From assembly GCA_047495785.1 (NCBI GenBank), contig JBLDXI010000015.1, positions 4,588,001 through 4,652,000 on the forward strand: a stretch of DNA of 64,000 bases, given 5' to 3'. The notes under the pieces were generated by a model that made no database searches, was not told the DNA's origin, and saw nothing but the letters and a program-made list of their open reading frames with translations. Shown in pieces: positions 61,417 through 64,000 of the stretch (position 1 is its first letter; each line of letters starts with the position of its first letter). Source of the stretch: Lepidodermella squamata (lineage: Eukaryota > Animalia > Gastrotricha). The position numbers were made by a program, and so were the translations under genes.

Positions 61417-62251
61417 TCAATACTCAGGCGACATTTTGAAAATCCAATAGCCATAGTTTTGACGCTTATTCATCTTAAAGTGGTAGGAGCTCGTGATGAT
61501 GTCAAAGTAGGAAGTGAGAGCTATCCAGTAGTCACAAGGATCTTTCTTGCTCAAGATATCCGGAAAAACATGAGTATAATCAGAGCTCACACAGTTCACT
61601 AGCTGAGCAATGACAGAATTAGCCGCTTTTTGCCACGCAATAAATTTCGCAGTGGCTTTGGAAGGATCCTTAGGCTTGGTTTTTGGATCAGTGAGAACTC
61701 CCAGAAGCCCCTGTTGGGCCATGTTTGTCAAAAATTTCTGCTGCCAGCTATACCACTCTGTGGCATCCACCAATTTCTCTAAATCCACAACGGGTGGTTG
61801 AGGCTCTACAAGATCAGGAGAAGGTGAACGAGTACCCGTAGTAGCTGAAGTAGTTGTTGTAGCCATTGTAGACATGCTTTCGTAACTCGAGGCTGAAATC
61901 GACAAAAAATGATTGAGGAGAAGCGGCGGCTGCGATGGCTCAGAGCCTCTAAATGACGAACAATTTCAGAGCAAAAACTGAGCAGTGTTAGCACGGCGTG
62001 GCGCCTGTAACCTGATGTTTATAAGAAACCAAAATTTACCTCTGACTTATTTTATTTTATCATTCTCTAGGTATTTATATTTCGGCATGACTGGATAATA
62101 TGTATATCTAATATCTATAATGGTGTCGTTTACGCGGTCAACAGTATCATACATCGGTTACAATGTTGAACGTGCGTTTAGCTGTAACATTACGAATGAA
62201 CTTACATTATGCATGACTAGAAAAGTATGAATAAATCTCTCGTGTGTAACA
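61417..62251 (-). mobile_element. Copia LTR-retrotransposon 5' remnant (LTR, PBS-like segment, gag N-terminus)
   Basis: Gag-like LEKLVDATEWYSWQQKF..QQGL..WQKAN..IAQL..YWIAL. The candidate LTR ends ...CATCA at 62013 and starts with TGTTGA (62143) or TGTTAC (62251), with TATAAA and AATAAA; no pol or 3' LTR seen. Confidence 0.65.
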
Positions 62252-62611
62252 TCAAAAGCCTCCGAAGATCGAACTGACACGAAGGTCCATATATATTAGC
62301 ACCGATTTTCACACCATAGCTATGATATAATAATATATATCATGAAAATAGCCTGAAACAAATGGAGTGTTAGTATAGCAATTATTCTGCGCGTGTAACT
62401 TTTATTATGAGCAAGCTGTGTCTGGTTTTTATGCGCGTATTTTTTTTTACCTTGGAGGGTGCACTAATATCGCAGACTATATTGTTTGGCAGCTGCAAAC
62501 AGACGTTTGATCATTTGCCAGATTCTATATAAATGCCGGTTCCAAGCCGCACTAGCATGGTTAGCATTTTGTAACATCTCTGCTGCTGTGTAATAATATC
62601 AGCCTGCAAAG

Positions 62612-62977
62612 ATGGACGAAGAGGATTCGTGCCAGAAATCGCAAAACGAAAGCGCATCAATATCGCCATCCAACTCCCCCACGTCGTCGTCCATGTTTTA
62701 CGAAGACTTGGACTTGGCTATGGTATCCGCCGCCGAAACCCAGTCAGGCTCGGCTTCCCCGCCGTCGGAACCAGCCGAGAGAACAATTGATGACCACCAG
62801 CCTTCAGCAATCAGCCTCGGAACGCAGACGGAAATATCGATCGATAAATCCACGCAAACCGACGAACTAGAATCCTTTTTCGATTTCGAGGATGACATTT
62901 TAGAGGAGAATCCCTTGCCCTTGTACAATTTATCTTCGAATAATAACGATGATGATTATCCCAATTTTGATACGTAA
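62612..62977 (+). CDS. Small acidic low-complexity hypothetical protein
   Basis: 121-aa ATG ORF, TATAAA ~85 bp upstream and AATAAA downstream; no recognisable domain. Confidence 0.4.
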   Translation: MDEEDSCQKSQNESASISPSNSPTSSSMFYEDLDLAMVSAAETQSGSASPPSEPAERTIDDHQPSAISLGTQTEISIDKSTQTDELESFFDFEDDILEENPLPLYNLSSNNNDDDYPNFDT

Positions 62978-63058
62978 CCGCATTTTTCAATTTTTATTCA
63001 CAGGATCGAGGAAATAAATTAGAAAAATTATATCAAAAATAAACGATGGTGTCAATAG

Positions 63059-64000
63059 TCAATGGGAGTAAGGGCATTCGACATTGCGGCAGTCTCGCAA
63101 AGTGCACGGTGGGTGAATAAAGAGACATTCTACTCCGAACTTGCAGAATGGGAACAACTGACAATTTTTGGTTGGATGCACGAATTCGCAATCTTCACCT
63201 TTCTTGCAGTTCGGCCAGAACCGGCACCGCTTTTTCTTAGACGTGCCTGCATTAGCATTTTTCGTAGCCATTCCCTCAATTTGCCACTTTTTACGCCTCT
63301 GAATTTCATTGCTATTGCCGTGAAACTCTTCATTTTCAGCACCACTTTCGCCACCACTGACCACGATTGAAACAGAACCGGGCTTGTTTTCGCCTAGAAA
63401 TTTTTTGAACAGACTAGCGATAGTTTTGAAATCATCGAGCACCGGCTTTGAATCTTGATTTTGAAGAGCTTCCGATGACAGCATGCAAAGATTGATAAGT
63501 TGATCGAGACGCTCTTTACAGCTCGCAGAAGTTAGGAAGAAGTCACCCCACATGGAAACAGCTCTGCGAACATTCAATAACTGGGGCGGAATAAGAGCAA
63601 TAGCTGCCTTGCTAATGTTGTACAGATTCGGAGGTGTTAGTACATGACGAAGACAGTTGAACAAATCTTTGGTAGACACGCTGGTGCCAGGCGCAAGGCC
63701 TAGGCCGAACTCTCGTCTAATTCGACCGAGCCCAGCTTCGATATCAACCGCAGAAGATCCGTTACCGGGTGAAACCTTACGCCAAGTTTGAATGATGTCA
63801 TTGATGATGGAGTCGACAAATTCCGCAAAAGCAGCGGAGAAACTCGACTCGGTCAGCGGCACGAATCGACGTTCGATGACATGAGTTCGTTTTCGGCCTG
63901 ATAGTAGAGACGCAGGGGGAGGCGGGATATTTCTGCATCTCAGAATCGCGGACGGAATCGACGTCATCGCCGGTTGCTGCTGATCATTTGATACTACGAT
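63059..64000 (-). CDS. ZC3H14/Nab2-type CCCH zinc-finger protein, 3' part
   Basis: C-terminal CRFWPNCKKGEDCEFVHP, CQLFPFCKFGVECLFIHPPC and CRNVECPYSH; the frame stays open to the window edge. Confidence 0.65.
   Translation of the reverse strand: MVVSNDQQQPAMTSIPSAILRCRNIPPPPASLLSGRKRTHVIERRFVPLTESSFSAAFAEFVDSIINDIIQTWRKVSPGNGSSAVDIEAGLGRIRREFGLGLAPGTSVSTKDLFNCLRHVLTPPNLYNISKAAIALIPPQLLNVRRAVSMWGDFFLTSASCKERLDQLINLCMLSSEALQNQDSKPVLDDFKTIASLFKKFLGENKPGSVSIVVSGGESGAENEEFHGNSNEIQRRKKWQIEGMATKNANAGTSKKKRCRFWPNCKKGEDCEFVHPTKNCQLFPFCKFGVECLFIHPPCTLRDCRNVECPYSH

Overview
Eukaryotic, gene-dense animal (invertebrate) genomic DNA with mostly ~45-90 bp GT-AG introns; the species cannot be named from sequence alone. 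Host genes are an MCT-type MFS transporter (3' part), nudC, PDHB, RAB3GAP1, BORCS5, a BarH-class homeobox gene, IBTK, POLR3C, SPRTN, a white-like ABCG, a CD225-like membrane protein, NSF, AP1G1, a trypsin-like protease-ankyrin fusion, an intronless GABA-B-like class C GPCR and a ZC3H14-type CCCH protein (3' part). Mobile DNA is concentrated in four patches. (1) The 4.9-kb RAB3GAP1 intron holds antisense orphan membrane-protein genes and a Ginger-type transposon with 104-bp TIRs, a TAAA TSD and an in-frame deleted transposase. (2) A nested cluster at 22.5-27.5 kb contains an apparently intact TA-flanked IS630/Tc1-family element with a DD31E transposase and a second, convergent, spliced Myb/SANT-like gene. 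(3) The 2.5-kb last IBTK intron has direct repeats, a Penelope-type minimal hammerhead ribozyme and a CR1 tail. (4) A Copia remnant lies near 62 kb. Co-oriented housekeeping genes with short spacers and splice acceptors just before their ATGs suggest SL trans-splicing and operons. All calls come from manual reading and motif recognition; no database searches were run.
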